A DNA stretch of 55,816 bases from a virus, in IMG/VR virus record IMGVR_UViG_3300045988_105026, positions 1 to 55,816 of that record; one strand, 5' to 3'. The translations under genes were made by a program, and so were the position numbers. Position 1 is the first letter of the stretch; every line of letters begins with the position of its first letter. Below the pieces are notes generated by a model. The model made no database searches and was not told the DNA's origin. It was given only the letters and a program-made list of their open reading frames with translations. Positions 31,434 to 41,092 of the stretch are shown here, one piece after another.

Positions 31434-31472
31434 TAAAAAAGTACACATCTAACAATGTGTTAAATGTGTACT
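31434..31472 (-). terminator. Intrinsic terminator after the sigma-r4-like gene
   Basis: Minus strand AGTACACAT-loop-ATGTGTACT followed by TTTTTT. Confidence 0.7.
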
Positions 31473-31482
31473 AAATGTGTTA

Positions 31483-31683
31483 TTATAAGACTTTGAGAAT
31501 CTTCTTATTAACTTTTCTACTTAACTGTCTAGCATAATCATAAGAAATATGTAAATCTTCAGCAATTTGTTCTAATGAAATCCCTTTAGCTCTTTCTTCA
31601 AACAATTTAATTTCAAGATTTACAAAATTACAATTTTGTCTAAAATAGTCAAGTTCGGGTTTGGTAAATTCTGAAATTGTCAT
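31483..31683 (-). CDS. Small sigma-70 region-4-like / LuxR-type HTH protein
   Basis: LEIKLFEERAKGISLEQIAEDLHISYDYARQLSRKVNKKI matches the region 4.2 HTH layout. Only 66 aa. Confidence 0.45.
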   Translation of the reverse strand: MTISEFTKPELDYFRQNCNFVNLEIKLFEERAKGISLEQIAEDLHISYDYARQLSRKVNKKILKVL

Positions 31684-31738
31684 TGATTACCTCTTCGACC
31701 TTCTTCTTGAACGAGGTCTGTTGGTACGTTTTATGGTT

Positions 31739-31993
31739 CTAGTTTTCGTCACTCTCACTCGTGCCAATATTAACACCTCCACTTTCATTATATATTGCAT
31801 TTCCATCATCTTCTGATTGTATGTCATAAGACTCAGAAGTTGATTCTTCATTAGGTAGATTCCATGCATATAGCCATGCAAGATTTGTAGCAAATAACAT
31901 TATAAGCACTACTATAAATGCAATAAACCATCTACGGGCTTGAGTCTTTACTAAATGTAAAAGCTCACTGGCTAAGCTGTCCTTTTCCTCCAT
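31739..31993 (-). CDS. Small membrane protein of the lysis cassette (possible holin partner)
   Basis: Central TM helix WFIAFIVVLIMLFATNLAWLY. TAATG coupling to the holin gene. Confidence 0.4.
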   Translation of the reverse strand: MEEKDSLASELLHLVKTQARRWFIAFIVVLIMLFATNLAWLYAWNLPNEESTSESYDIQSEDDGNAIYNESGGVNIGTSESDEN

Positions 31994-32223
31994 TAATTAG
32001 TTCCTCCATTCTTCTTATAATTATTAGTACTAATACCAAGAATTGCACCTAAAAAAGTATCAACTGCTGTGATAGTACCAACAATCTGTTCACCAAAAGG
32101 TAATCCCCATATGCTTGCAAGTGCAAAGTACAAAGTACCTAAGGCGGGAAGTAGAATTAATGCTACCCATTTTAACAAGCTATATGTCTTGTCACTCAGT
32201 ATAAGATTTTTCATTTCACTCAC
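31993..32223 (-). CDS. Holin (Dp-1-type family)
   Basis: YSLLKWVALILLPALGTLYFALASIWGLPFGEQIVGTITAVDTFLGAILGIS matches that holin family pattern. Confidence 0.8.
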   Translation of the reverse strand: MSEMKNLILSDKTYSLLKWVALILLPALGTLYFALASIWGLPFGEQIVGTITAVDTFLGAILGISTNNYKKNGGTN

Positions 32224-32491
32224 CTTCTTTTCTCTCTAAATCTTCAATTCGATGTTCACTTACTCTCTCACGCGTGTCCATAACTTTTAGTGTGGCTTCA
32301 ATGTCATAAACTCGTTCAATTAATGAATTATGCTTGTCTTGTTTTTCTTCTAAGCTCTTAATATCCTTCTTTATAAGAGCTACTTCATTTTTGACTTCTT
32401 CAATCGTGATACTGTGTTGCTGTTTAGATGTGTATATAATCCCAATAAAGGATAATCCACCAGTTATTAACGCTACAACTATTGAAATCAT
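32216..32491 (-). CDS. Membrane-anchored coiled-coil protein of the lysis cassette
   Basis: N-terminal TM helix followed by charged heptads. Position between the endolysin and holin genes. Confidence 0.4.
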   Translation of the reverse strand: MISIVVALITGGLSFIGIIYTSKQQHSITIEEVKNEVALIKKDIKSLEEKQDKHNSLIERVYDIEATLKVMDTRERVSEHRIEDLERKEGE

Positions 32492-32501
32492 ATATCACCT
32501 G

Positions 32502-33290
32502 CTAACTGACATATCTATGTCCTTGATAATATGCGGCAAGCCATCCGGATGGACATTTAATCCAAACATCATTTCCGATTTTTGTTATCTGCTGACAAGT
32601 TACGACTGTGCCTTTGTTTAGCGCTCCATCATTATCGTTATCATGTGCTCTACCTCCAGAAGTTAATTCTGAATGTTTTTTAGCCCTATAATTAGTGCCT
32701 GCCCCTGTACGAACTTTAAGCTCAACCTGTAATGTATAGTTGGTACCTACATTATAGTATTCATTATTAACTGCGGGAGTAGGAGGTTTAGGTGCAGGTG
32801 TATCTCTGGAATAATCAGAGCTTGTTACTATCACTGTATGTCCTTTAGTGCAAGTAACAAGTATATCACCTTTATATAGCTTCATTCCACTTCTATACTG
32901 ACCAAGATTATCAAATAATCCTGTAGCCATTAGCTTTGATTTCTCATTAGCTGTCGTGAAATTTCCTGGGTCTACATTAGTAGCTTCTCTAACACACTCT
33001 CTAGCAAGTGACGAACAATCACATTCTGTTGGTGTAGTAGTACCAATGCCATGTGTAACCACACCTAGTCGATTATACTGGTCATATCCTATATTAGGAT
33101 TACCACAAGCATTATACATTTTTGCTCCAATAGCATTTGCATGAGTTACAGATTTAGGTCTCAACACAATCCAACCTTTTCGGTGGATATAGAATCTTTG
33201 AGTTGTTACTTCCTGACCTGTCTGGTCACCTGGTTTTCCACCTGAGTACTTTCCTCTTTCATCATGCCTAGCTGAACCAACTAAAATCAT
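32502..33290 (-). CDS. Putative endolysin (N-terminal GGKPGDQTG-type catalytic domain plus a C-terminal SH3-like binding domain)
   Basis: ARHDERGKYSGGKPGDQTGQEV N-terminus. C-terminal beta-rich VRTGAGTNY...GTVV...WIKC...GW SH3b-like pattern. Adjacent to the holin. Confidence 0.6.
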   Translation of the reverse strand: MILVGSARHDERGKYSGGKPGDQTGQEVTTQRFYIHRKGWIVLRPKSVTHANAIGAKMYNACGNPNIGYDQYNRLGVVTHGIGTTTPTECDCSSLARECVREATNVDPGNFTTANEKSKLMATGLFDNLGQYRSGMKLYKGDILVTCTKGHTVIVTSSDYSRDTPAPKPPTPAVNNEYYNVGTNYTLQVELKVRTGAGTNYRAKKHSELTSGGRAHDNDNDGALNKGTVVTCQQITKIGNDVWIKCPSGWLAAYYQGHRYVS

Positions 33291-33350
33291 AATTACAATT
33301 CTCCTTTCTTTTTATGTATTATAACATTTTAAGTTTAATTTGTACATACA

Positions 33351-33494
33351 TTAATTGAGAATATAATCATATTCTTCTTGATTTATAGTTCCATTTTTCA
33401 ATCGTTTATCAATATCCTTCTTTGTGACTCTCTGAGGGTCAGCTTGATATAATCGTTTTAAACTTTGAACTAAGATTCTATATGTTTTTTCCAT
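33351..33494 (-). CDS. xkdX: XkdX-like small protein (47 aa)
   Basis: ...RVTKKDIDKRLKNGTINQEEYDYILN matches the XkdX C-terminal pattern. Below the track size cutoff. Confidence 0.55.
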   Translation of the reverse strand: MEKTYRILVQSLKRLYQADPQRVTKKDIDKRLKNGTINQEEYDYILN

Positions 33495-33495
33495 A

Positions 33496-33795
33496 TTAAA
33501 TTATTCCTTCCTGCATTAATTGTATAGTATAATTGTCAATAGCTTCATTGTCTGAATGTTCATTGATTGCTTGTACCTGTTCCATTGCAATAAGATACTG
33601 TGAGTATTCGTCCTGCGTCAGCTCACGTTCTTCGTACTCCCAATGCTTAGGTTTGTAAGTAAAATCATCCTCACTCCCTGTCGCTTCAACCGATTTAATG
33701 TTTTTTCGCTGATAAACGATATTCGGAGAGGATGTTGTGTCAATGTCAAGTGGTTTGTCTGATTGCATACTCTCTACGAGCTTGTATTCTGTCAT
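33496..33795 (-). CDS. Hypothetical protein (tail-fibre associated position)
   Basis: ATG after AAGGTG (the track start is a TTG). Confidence 0.5.
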   Translation of the reverse strand: MTEYKLVESMQSDKPLDIDTTSSPNIVYQRKNIKSVEATGSEDDFTYKPKHWEYEERELTQDEYSQYLIAMEQVQAINEHSDNEAIDNYTIQLMQEGII

Positions 33796-33832
33796 ATTCA
33801 ATACACCTTACCTTTCTGTCAATTGTTGAAAT

Positions 33833-33861
33833 TTTATATTTTAGTTCTCAAAATCTGTAAA
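33833..33861 (-). promoter_or_regulatory. Candidate class II promoter (TTTACA-17-TATAAA) upstream of the lysis-proximal genes
   Basis: Hexamers and 17-nt spacing read directly from the sequence. Confidence 0.3.
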
Positions 33862-33879
33862 TATCTTAATGATTGCAAG

Positions 33880-35202
33880 TTATTTGTAGGAAAGAGAAGC
33901 CCCGAAGTACCACCTAGTGTCATTGGCTATGTTGCCCCAGGCCATACAGAATGCACCACAATAATGGCCGATGTCTATGGTGCCACCGAAAAGAGCAAAG
34001 GCTATAATTGCAATAATAAACCAACAGCCATCAGGATAATAGGTCGATGATGAGCCTGTAATTGATGTTGGGAACATGCCTAATGTCGTATATAGCATAT
34101 CTTTAATATATCCACCTGATGTACCACTAGGAGTTGAATTAGGTATCTCGATATACCCTGTTCCATCAGTGTTATAGTTAGTTGCTTTGCTTCCATCCTT
34201 TATTGATGGAGACAGCTTGACTTTCGCTATGCCATTAGCAAGGATAAGTCCAACTGTTCTTCGCCACTGATTGCCGTAATAGTTCTCCATACCGAATACT
34301 TTAACTCCGGCTTTTCCGGCATTTTCACCCCAAAATAAGCCTTTGCTATTCATTGTGCCGGTCTTAAGCAATAAGTTTTCATCACTGGCATTTTTGCTCA
34401 TGCCTCGCCCAAATACATCTTGTGTGTCAGTAGATTTTCCCATGATGATAAGTAAAATATTAATCAAGAGTCTGTCAACGTACTGCTCGATTTCATAGCC
34501 TGTACCATTAGCTCTTGCATATGTCATTTCTTGGCTGGCTGTTTTCAATTTAATAACTGTTTGACCGCTTATTGAGCGCAGTTTGTTATTGCTGTCAAGA
34601 GAGCCGTTATAAATCGGTGTGTAGAAATGAGCTTTTTCGTTGCCGTTAATGTCGATGAAGTTTAGATTTTTAAAATCCTTATCTGCTTGATAATTGGCAA
34701 CATAAAGGCTTGCACTGTTAGGATTGCCTTTGTCGGGTTCAATTTTCCACCATATAATGTCTGTGCCATTTCCCCACTCCATCATAGCATTTCCATCATA
34801 ATCAATGTTTGCTATATCTGACGCACTGCCATTTATTTTTTTACTTAAATCGTTCTCGTTGAGGTAATAGTCAACCTGTCCATTTGTCTTAAGCATGCAT
34901 GGTTTTGGCATGAAAAATGCATCAGCCCAAGAGCCATAATCGAATGTACCACTTGTATAGTTCATCTTTGCCGGTATCATTCCGACTGCATTTGCTAAGT
35001 ATCTGACTCTTGTTTTTGGGTTGCTGTCTGTTTCGTCGATATGAACACCGTAGACAAATCTTTCCTCACTTAATGTTGAAGCAAATGTAGTCAATTTTTT
35101 AATCTGCTTATCCATCTTATTAAGATTATCAGCATCAATAGGGGTTGTTTCACTAGGCAAATCTACAAAGTTAATTGTATTATAATCATCAACAAATACC
35201 AT
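33880..35202 (-). CDS. Tail fibre / receptor-binding protein with a C-type-lectin/FGE-like C-terminal tip
   Basis: Position after the tail tip genes. C-terminal ...YYPDGCW...GGT...CGAFC...WYFGASLSYK resembles a CLec-fold tip. Confidence 0.5.
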   Translation of the reverse strand: MVFVDDYNTINFVDLPSETTPIDADNLNKMDKQIKKLTTFASTLSEERFVYGVHIDETDSNPKTRVRYLANAVGMIPAKMNYTSGTFDYGSWADAFFMPKPCMLKTNGQVDYYLNENDLSKKINGSASDIANIDYDGNAMMEWGNGTDIIWWKIEPDKGNPNSASLYVANYQADKDFKNLNFIDINGNEKAHFYTPIYNGSLDSNNKLRSISGQTVIKLKTASQEMTYARANGTGYEIEQYVDRLLINILLIIMGKSTDTQDVFGRGMSKNASDENLLLKTGTMNSKGLFWGENAGKAGVKVFGMENYYGNQWRRTVGLILANGIAKVKLSPSIKDGSKATNYNTDGTGYIEIPNSTPSGTSGGYIKDMLYTTLGMFPTSITGSSSTYYPDGCWFIIAIIAFALFGGTIDIGHYCGAFCMAWGNIANDTRWYFGASLSYK

Positions 35203-35204
35203 AT

Positions 35205-35426
35205 TTATTCCTCCTTATTTTCTGACTTATTTTTGGCTTCTTCGAGTATTTTATTATTGTATTCTTCAAGTTCTTTATTTTTAATCCTTGTTGAAGCATT
35301 AGTAACATCATTCATTATATCCTTCATGATTAGCTCAAGTATGCTTGCATGTAGTTTAGATTCATTCAATATGTTGATTATACTGTTTCTTGTTTCCTGA
35401 ATTAATAAGCTTGCTGGTTTCTCCAT
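35205..35426 (-). CDS. Small coiled-coil protein (tail-fibre associated)
   Basis: AAAGGAG RBS. 73 aa. Confidence 0.45.
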   Translation of the reverse strand: MEKPASLLIQETRNSIINILNESKLHASILELIMKDIMNDVTNASTRIKNKELEEYNNKILEEAKNKSENKEE

Positions 35427-35444
35427 GTTTAATTTCTCCTTTCA

Positions 35445-37598
35445 TTAAGTTCTTGTAATATTAAGATATCCTATTTGTGTTTTATCTACATATACATATA
35501 TGTTATTATTATACCACTGGAATGTGAGTTCATGGCCCATAATCATTGCAGGATGTCCTTCACCCCACCAAGCTGATTTCAATATCATTTGTCCAACACT
35601 GAAATATGAATTGTTCTTAACTTGAAATTTTCCATCTATAACTAGATTATTGCTCATATAGGTGGTGTCTTTTCCTTTGCTTTGTTCATTCCATATATCA
35701 CCATACATTGTCAACCATGCTGTGTTTCTTTCACCATCATAACCTTCAATAGTGGTTGTAGATGCATCTATTGTCATACGCATATAGTTGCTTGAAGCTA
35801 ACCCAAAGTATGCTAAAAATTCATCTGGTGATGATGTCATCTCTGCAAAATATTGGTCAGTTCCTACTTCTGTACCTATACCTAAGCTTGTGTATAACTT
35901 TAATGTTTGAGCCCCACAATCTCCTGTATTAGATGCATAGAAGAATTGACCTTGTTTACTTGTATAATCACCGCACTCAAAGGAACCACTCAGTAAAGCA
36001 TTTTTAGCGGTTATAGTTCCATCTTTTGTAATTGTACAATTATCTGAGCCAAGTGTCAAACGATTACCAGTTAAATTAATAACATCTGCACTTGCATTAA
36101 TCATTGATATGATTTGACCATTATCATCTTTATCAATTTTAAGTTCAAGGTCTGCTTGTACTTTCTTAATTGTCTCATCAGTGACAGCGAATGATTTTGC
36201 CACACTAAGTTTTAATGAGTCTGTTTTTTGTGATATTTCAGATTTTAATCCTTTAGCATAATCATTTAAAGTAGATGATGTTCCTTCAACAAGGCGTGAT
36301 AGCTCATTTGTTTTTCCCTGTAACTTGATAATGTCGTGCTGTATGCCATTAACTTCTGCAAGAGATTGGTCACCTTCTGATATAATGCTATCCATAAGCA
36401 TCTGGATGCCAGTTAATGTTCTTTGTAACACATAAGACATATATACCTTATTATTCGTATCTATTATTCTAATAGTATCACCAGTCTCTACACAAGGATT
36501 ACCTTGTAATGTAATATTTACCGGGTTAAAAATTACTTTAGATATTTTGGAGAGAACATTATTAGCAATAGTCTTTAATTCATCAGTTCCGGATGAATAT
36601 GTTAGAAAATTACCTTGAATAATATAACTTACTCCTGTATCATCCCCAGCAATATAGCCAATATCATCTTCACTTTGGCGTATTTGTAATTTTGTAATCT
36701 GTTCAAAATTAGTATCTCCTACTTGAAGTGTCTTATATTCACCTACCTCTAATCTACGAGTATCAGGATTTCCAGGTTTTGTTGGAAATAATGATTTACT
36801 TGGATATAAGGTCTTGCTTGGGAATAATCCTCTTGAAAAGGATTTTAGTTCTACATATATAAATATATCATCTCTGGACATTTTTCCAAATACACCATTG
36901 ATTTCACAAATTGCTTCAAGTACATCTTTAGCAGTCAAATCAATATTATCTACGGATTTTGATACTTTCATATTGTCATTAACCAATGTGGTTGATTGCT
37001 GAGTCAATCCAATATACTTAAAAAATGAGTCTCTAAAAGCTTTTAGCGTTATAGATTCATACTCAGTTTGATAATAGGTGATGGGTTCAAGTTCCTCATA
37101 ATACTCGGTTATTTCTTTGCCATCTATACCAGTATATGTCCATTCTTTAGTAACATTTTCGTATCTAATTAATGGCACTTGCTTGCTAGGAAATAACTTA
37201 CTATACCAATCACTTACATTCATGGATGATACTGAGTACAACCTATCATAAGCTGTAATATTTCTATATTTCTTATCACTTGTCAGTGTATCTTCATCAA
37301 CTATATATGTACCAATTTTGAATGGCACATCATTTTTATTATCTAAGGTCTCTGTTACCTGTAACGTTTGACCTTTTAATGAATTTACTGTATTAGCTAT
37401 TTTGATTTTCAGACAAGCGGACTCACACTTACCAAATGATAACTTACTGTCAGAGCATAATGACTCCGACAGTGAGAAATCACTGGATGTAGATGAAAAA
37501 TTTTTATTTGTTAAAATGGTTCCATCTTGACATACAATTTTTAGTTGCTTATCAACAGATGACTTATCAAATAAATCATAATATTTATAATCTATCAT
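35445..37598 (-). CDS. Tail tip / tail-associated structural protein (Tal-like)
   Basis: 717 aa. Lies immediately downstream of the tape measure and a small Dit-like gene. Confidence 0.5.
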   Translation of the reverse strand: MIDYKYYDLFDKSSVDKQLKIVCQDGTILTNKNFSSTSSDFSLSESLCSDSKLSFGKCESACLKIKIANTVNSLKGQTLQVTETLDNKNDVPFKIGTYIVDEDTLTSDKKYRNITAYDRLYSVSSMNVSDWYSKLFPSKQVPLIRYENVTKEWTYTGIDGKEITEYYEELEPITYYQTEYESITLKAFRDSFFKYIGLTQQSTTLVNDNMKVSKSVDNIDLTAKDVLEAICEINGVFGKMSRDDIFIYVELKSFSRGLFPSKTLYPSKSLFPTKPGNPDTRRLEVGEYKTLQVGDTNFEQITKLQIRQSEDDIGYIAGDDTGVSYIIQGNFLTYSSGTDELKTIANNVLSKISKVIFNPVNITLQGNPCVETGDTIRIIDTNNKVYMSYVLQRTLTGIQMLMDSIISEGDQSLAEVNGIQHDIIKLQGKTNELSRLVEGTSSTLNDYAKGLKSEISQKTDSLKLSVAKSFAVTDETIKKVQADLELKIDKDDNGQIISMINASADVINLTGNRLTLGSDNCTITKDGTITAKNALLSGSFECGDYTSKQGQFFYASNTGDCGAQTLKLYTSLGIGTEVGTDQYFAEMTSSPDEFLAYFGLASSNYMRMTIDASTTTIEGYDGERNTAWLTMYGDIWNEQSKGKDTTYMSNNLVIDGKFQVKNNSYFSVGQMILKSAWWGEGHPAMIMGHELTFQWYNNNIYVYVDKTQIGYLNITRT

Positions 37599-37607
37599 AC
37601 ATCCTCC

Positions 37608-38015
37608 TTAGTATCCTACAAATTCAAATGATACTGTATCATAATAAACCAGATTTTCTTCAATATCGTCTATCGTAAATTCAGTATCAACTTTATATAC
37701 TTTTTGGGTGATATAATCATTTATTTCTGGTACAAATACTTCCATAGTAACATCTTTTTCATTACTATTTTCGTATCTGTCTCGCATTGGTTTCATTATA
37801 TCTTTTTCAAAAGTTTCATTGTCCAGCCCATCCAATATATCAAATGATATTGATAAAGGCATGTGCTCTAAAGCGTTTCTTGTTAATATTCCGTTTGCAT
37901 TTCTGAAACTATCTATATCTTGTCCATTCACTTTCACTTTATATGTTCCATACTCAATGTGCTTGAGAGGAAAAGTAAAAGTACCTATTTTAATCAAATA
38001 TCCATTATAACTCAT
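37608..38015 (-). CDS. Putative distal tail protein (short form)
   Basis: Position directly after the tape measure gene. AAGGAGGG RBS. Confidence 0.4.
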   Translation of the reverse strand: MSYNGYLIKIGTFTFPLKHIEYGTYKVKVNGQDIDSFRNANGILTRNALEHMPLSISFDILDGLDNETFEKDIMKPMRDRYENSNEKDVTMEVFVPEINDYITQKVYKVDTEFTIDDIEENLVYYDTVSFEFVGY

Positions 38016-38026
38016 ACTTTCCCTCC

Positions 38027-41000
38027 TTAATAAGAAAATGCACTTTTACCAGTTTGCTTTATAAACTGTCTATCTTGATTTCTAATGGCTCTAAATATTT
38101 CTTTTCCATCAATCTCAATCACTATTGGTGAGTTATCTGACATATTCATGCCTTGTAAAGTCTCTTTTAATGCCTGCTTAATTGTATCCAATGGAGCTTC
38201 AATATTAGTTCCATGTTTCTGGTCACCTACAACAGACAAGAACGGTTGATTTGCTGGGAGTACCGCTCCAGTTGCAAGTCTAGGCAAGCTAACTCTTGAT
38301 ATAGTACTAAGATTAAATCCTAATGACTTACCACCTAATCCAGGAACCCAATCAGGGATGCTAAAATGTAAATGGTTAAGTGCCCTAATCATAGAATTAA
38401 AACCTCCAATTATTCCATTAACCATGCTTTGTATACCACTCAGAATACCGTTAATAACTCTCTTAATTGTACCCCAGATAGCATTCCATACTCTGGATAT
38501 AACAGATGATATAGTATTCATCACGCTTGTAATAACTGATTTTATTCCATTGAAAGCCGCAGTTATACCATTTTTTAAAGCATTAACAATTCCCATTACA
38601 ACAGACTTAATGCCATTCCATATACTCGAGATGAAAGTTTTAATGCCTCCAAAAATGGTTGTAATAACAGTCTTTGCCGCATTGAATCCAGTTTTTATAA
38701 ATTGCACAATTATTGAAATTGCCTCAGTAAAAATTGACTTAATAGTTGACCACACACCTGAGATGAATCCAGTTAATGCATTCCAAATGCCTGTGAATAT
38801 TTCCTGAACTCCTTGCCAAGCTAATGACCAATCGCCTGTAAATATACCGGTGATAAAATCTATAATTCCACCAAGAGTCTCCATTATGCCTGATAAGATA
38901 TCAGCTATCGTTCCTATAATTGATGATACAGTCTTCACCATTGTTTCTAGGATAGGAGTTATAACTGGAACTACATTAGCAACAACCCATGCAATCAATG
39001 GTTCAAGTACATTTTTCCATAATTCACTTATTGCCAGCACTATCTTTCCAACAAGTGTAATTAGATTATTAACAAAAGGTTGGAGATGAGTATCCCACAA
39101 TGTTTGGATTTCTGTTGCTACTGTTGTTAAAAATGGAGCTACTTGACTGTTCCATACATTTAAAAGACTACCTACTAAACTGCTAAATCCATCTGTTATA
39201 TTTTGAAAAGCTGGTGCTAAATATTCATCATAGACATTAAAAATCTGTTCAAATGTATTCTTTATTGCACCATGAATTGTGTCCATTGCAATAGATATAG
39301 GTTCAAGCAATCCCATTACAGCTTGTTGAATTTTATCCTTATTATCAATAATAGGTTGAGCAATTAAATTATATAAGTCGGAAGATAATCTTCCAGTTAA
39401 TTCCATAAAACCTAATGCTAAATCTGCATTAATTCCCATGAAATCTCCGGTTATATTTTTAGCTGTATCGCTTCTAAATACAGTAAATATCTCAGCTATA
39501 GCTGTTGATAAGTTTCCGGTAATCTGAGCTACTTTACTTGATATATCAAATAATCCAACTATTCTGTCAGTAATATATCCACTGTCTTTTGATAAAAAGC
39601 TATCAACTCCACCAACCAGATTTTCAACTATTGTTTGACCTATGCTAACCATACTTCCTGCAAGCTGTCCTAAAGCGTATGCAACATTATTAGCCCAATT
39701 ATTTGCCGCATTTATAACATTCGGATTGGTGAAAATATCCTGTAATTGTTTACCAATACTTGCAAGATGTTTCTGAGTTCTTTTGATACTAGCATCAAAA
39801 TCAGTTCCTAATCCATTTTTGAAGCCTTTCTTAACTAAATCTACAAGCTCTAATAATCGTTTCTTCATATTATCTAAAATTGTATTAATTTTAGAATTTG
39901 TCTGGTCTATAGCAGAATCTGTGCCTGAGCTAATGTCGGGTGTCGCAAGACCACCACCTCCTCCAGCACCTCCTGCTCCTGCACCACTATCAGATTGGGA
40001 AGACATTGTGTTATTTAATTTATCAAAGGAAGCCAATGATTTTGAAGCCGTTTTAGAAGCTTTTTTAGTAGCTGTATCATAATCACCAACTGCTGTGGTA
40101 GCATCATCAAAAGCATCCGCTGTGTCTGATATAGCTCCGCTAACTTGATTAGCACTTTGAACCTGTATACCAAATACGCTGGATAATACAGACCCTATAG
40201 ATTTAGCTATAGCAATCATACGACCCATAATCATATTAAGTGCTTTAACTAAAGGAGTTAATACAGTGATTATTCCAGTGCCCAATACACCTAGAAATTC
40301 TTTCCACTGCTCACTTAATACTCTTGTCTGGTTAGCCCATGAATCTTGAGTATCAATGAAGTCATCTCCTATATAGCCAAGCTGTTGCATTACATACTGA
40401 TATCTAAGCATTACTCTCTCAGACTGAGACATCTCATCATATGATTTTGAAATACCTTGTGCTAAAGCAAACTGCTTTAGATTTACTTCGGTCATAACAA
40501 CACCATATTGCTTCAAAGTCTCTGTTTCACCAGTATATATAGACTTTAATGCAATCGCCGCATATTTATTAGAAGTATTAAAGAAAGATGCCATATTAGC
40601 ACTTAATTTTGTCAAATTTAATGCCATATCTTTAGCATCTTGCGAAGAGGTTAGCATTGACTTTCCCATTGCCATGAAGGTAGAACCGGTTTGATAAGCT
40701 TCCAGTCTTGAGATTCCTAAATTCTTAATGGAACTATCCGCAAGAGCATCCATTTCACCTCGCATATTTCCAAATGCTTTTTGAACCACATTATCAACTT
40801 CAGTTAAATCTGATGCTACATTAACAGCTTGTTGACCAAAATTAATAAGTGCTTTCAAGCTAAACACAAGACCTAATGTGCCAATAATTCCTTTCAATGA
40901 ACTTTTTAAAGAACCCATAGATTTAGTTGCACCATTCATGCTATTACTTATCTGGTTCATAGCTTTGGTTCCGGTGTTTCCCATTTCTGTGAATTGAGGT

Positions 41001-41074
41001 TTTAGATTGTTCAATCCTTTTTTTAATCCAGCAGAATCCAATCCGGTCTCAATTACTACTTTACCATCTGCCAT
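38027..41074 (-). CDS. Tail tape measure protein
   Basis: 1015 aa, helical repeats, a Gly-rich segment, and a long hydrophobic repetitive C-terminal half. Lies downstream of the chaperone genes. Confidence 0.85.
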   Translation of the reverse strand: MADGKVVIETGLDSAGLKKGLNNLKPQFTEMGNTGTKAMNQISNSMNGATKSMGSLKSSLKGIIGTLGLVFSLKALINFGQQAVNVASDLTEVDNVVQKAFGNMRGEMDALADSSIKNLGISRLEAYQTGSTFMAMGKSMLTSSQDAKDMALNLTKLSANMASFFNTSNKYAAIALKSIYTGETETLKQYGVVMTEVNLKQFALAQGISKSYDEMSQSERVMLRYQYVMQQLGYIGDDFIDTQDSWANQTRVLSEQWKEFLGVLGTGIITVLTPLVKALNMIMGRMIAIAKSIGSVLSSVFGIQVQSANQVSGAISDTADAFDDATTAVGDYDTATKKASKTASKSLASFDKLNNTMSSQSDSGAGAGGAGGGGGLATPDISSGTDSAIDQTNSKINTILDNMKKRLLELVDLVKKGFKNGLGTDFDASIKRTQKHLASIGKQLQDIFTNPNVINAANNWANNVAYALGQLAGSMVSIGQTIVENLVGGVDSFLSKDSGYITDRIVGLFDISSKVAQITGNLSTAIAEIFTVFRSDTAKNITGDFMGINADLALGFMELTGRLSSDLYNLIAQPIIDNKDKIQQAVMGLLEPISIAMDTIHGAIKNTFEQIFNVYDEYLAPAFQNITDGFSSLVGSLLNVWNSQVAPFLTTVATEIQTLWDTHLQPFVNNLITLVGKIVLAISELWKNVLEPLIAWVVANVVPVITPILETMVKTVSSIIGTIADILSGIMETLGGIIDFITGIFTGDWSLAWQGVQEIFTGIWNALTGFISGVWSTIKSIFTEAISIIVQFIKTGFNAAKTVITTIFGGIKTFISSIWNGIKSVVMGIVNALKNGITAAFNGIKSVITSVMNTISSVISRVWNAIWGTIKRVINGILSGIQSMVNGIIGGFNSMIRALNHLHFSIPDWVPGLGGKSLGFNLSTISRVSLPRLATGAVLPANQPFLSVVGDQKHGTNIEAPLDTIKQALKETLQGMNMSDNSPIVIEIDGKEIFRAIRNQDRQFIKQTGKSAFSY

Positions 41075-41092
41075 TATCTATGCACCTCCTTT

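Noticed and set aside
33880-34060. Diversity-generating retroelement targeting the receptor-binding protein tip
   Set aside because: The C-terminus (…GGT…CGAFC…WYFGASLSYK) looks like a C-type-lectin/FGE-fold variable tip of the kind DGRs diversify. However, I found no reverse-transcriptase ORF anywhere in the genome and no second near-copy (template repeat) of this segment. A dot-plot of 33880-34060 against the whole genome would settle it.
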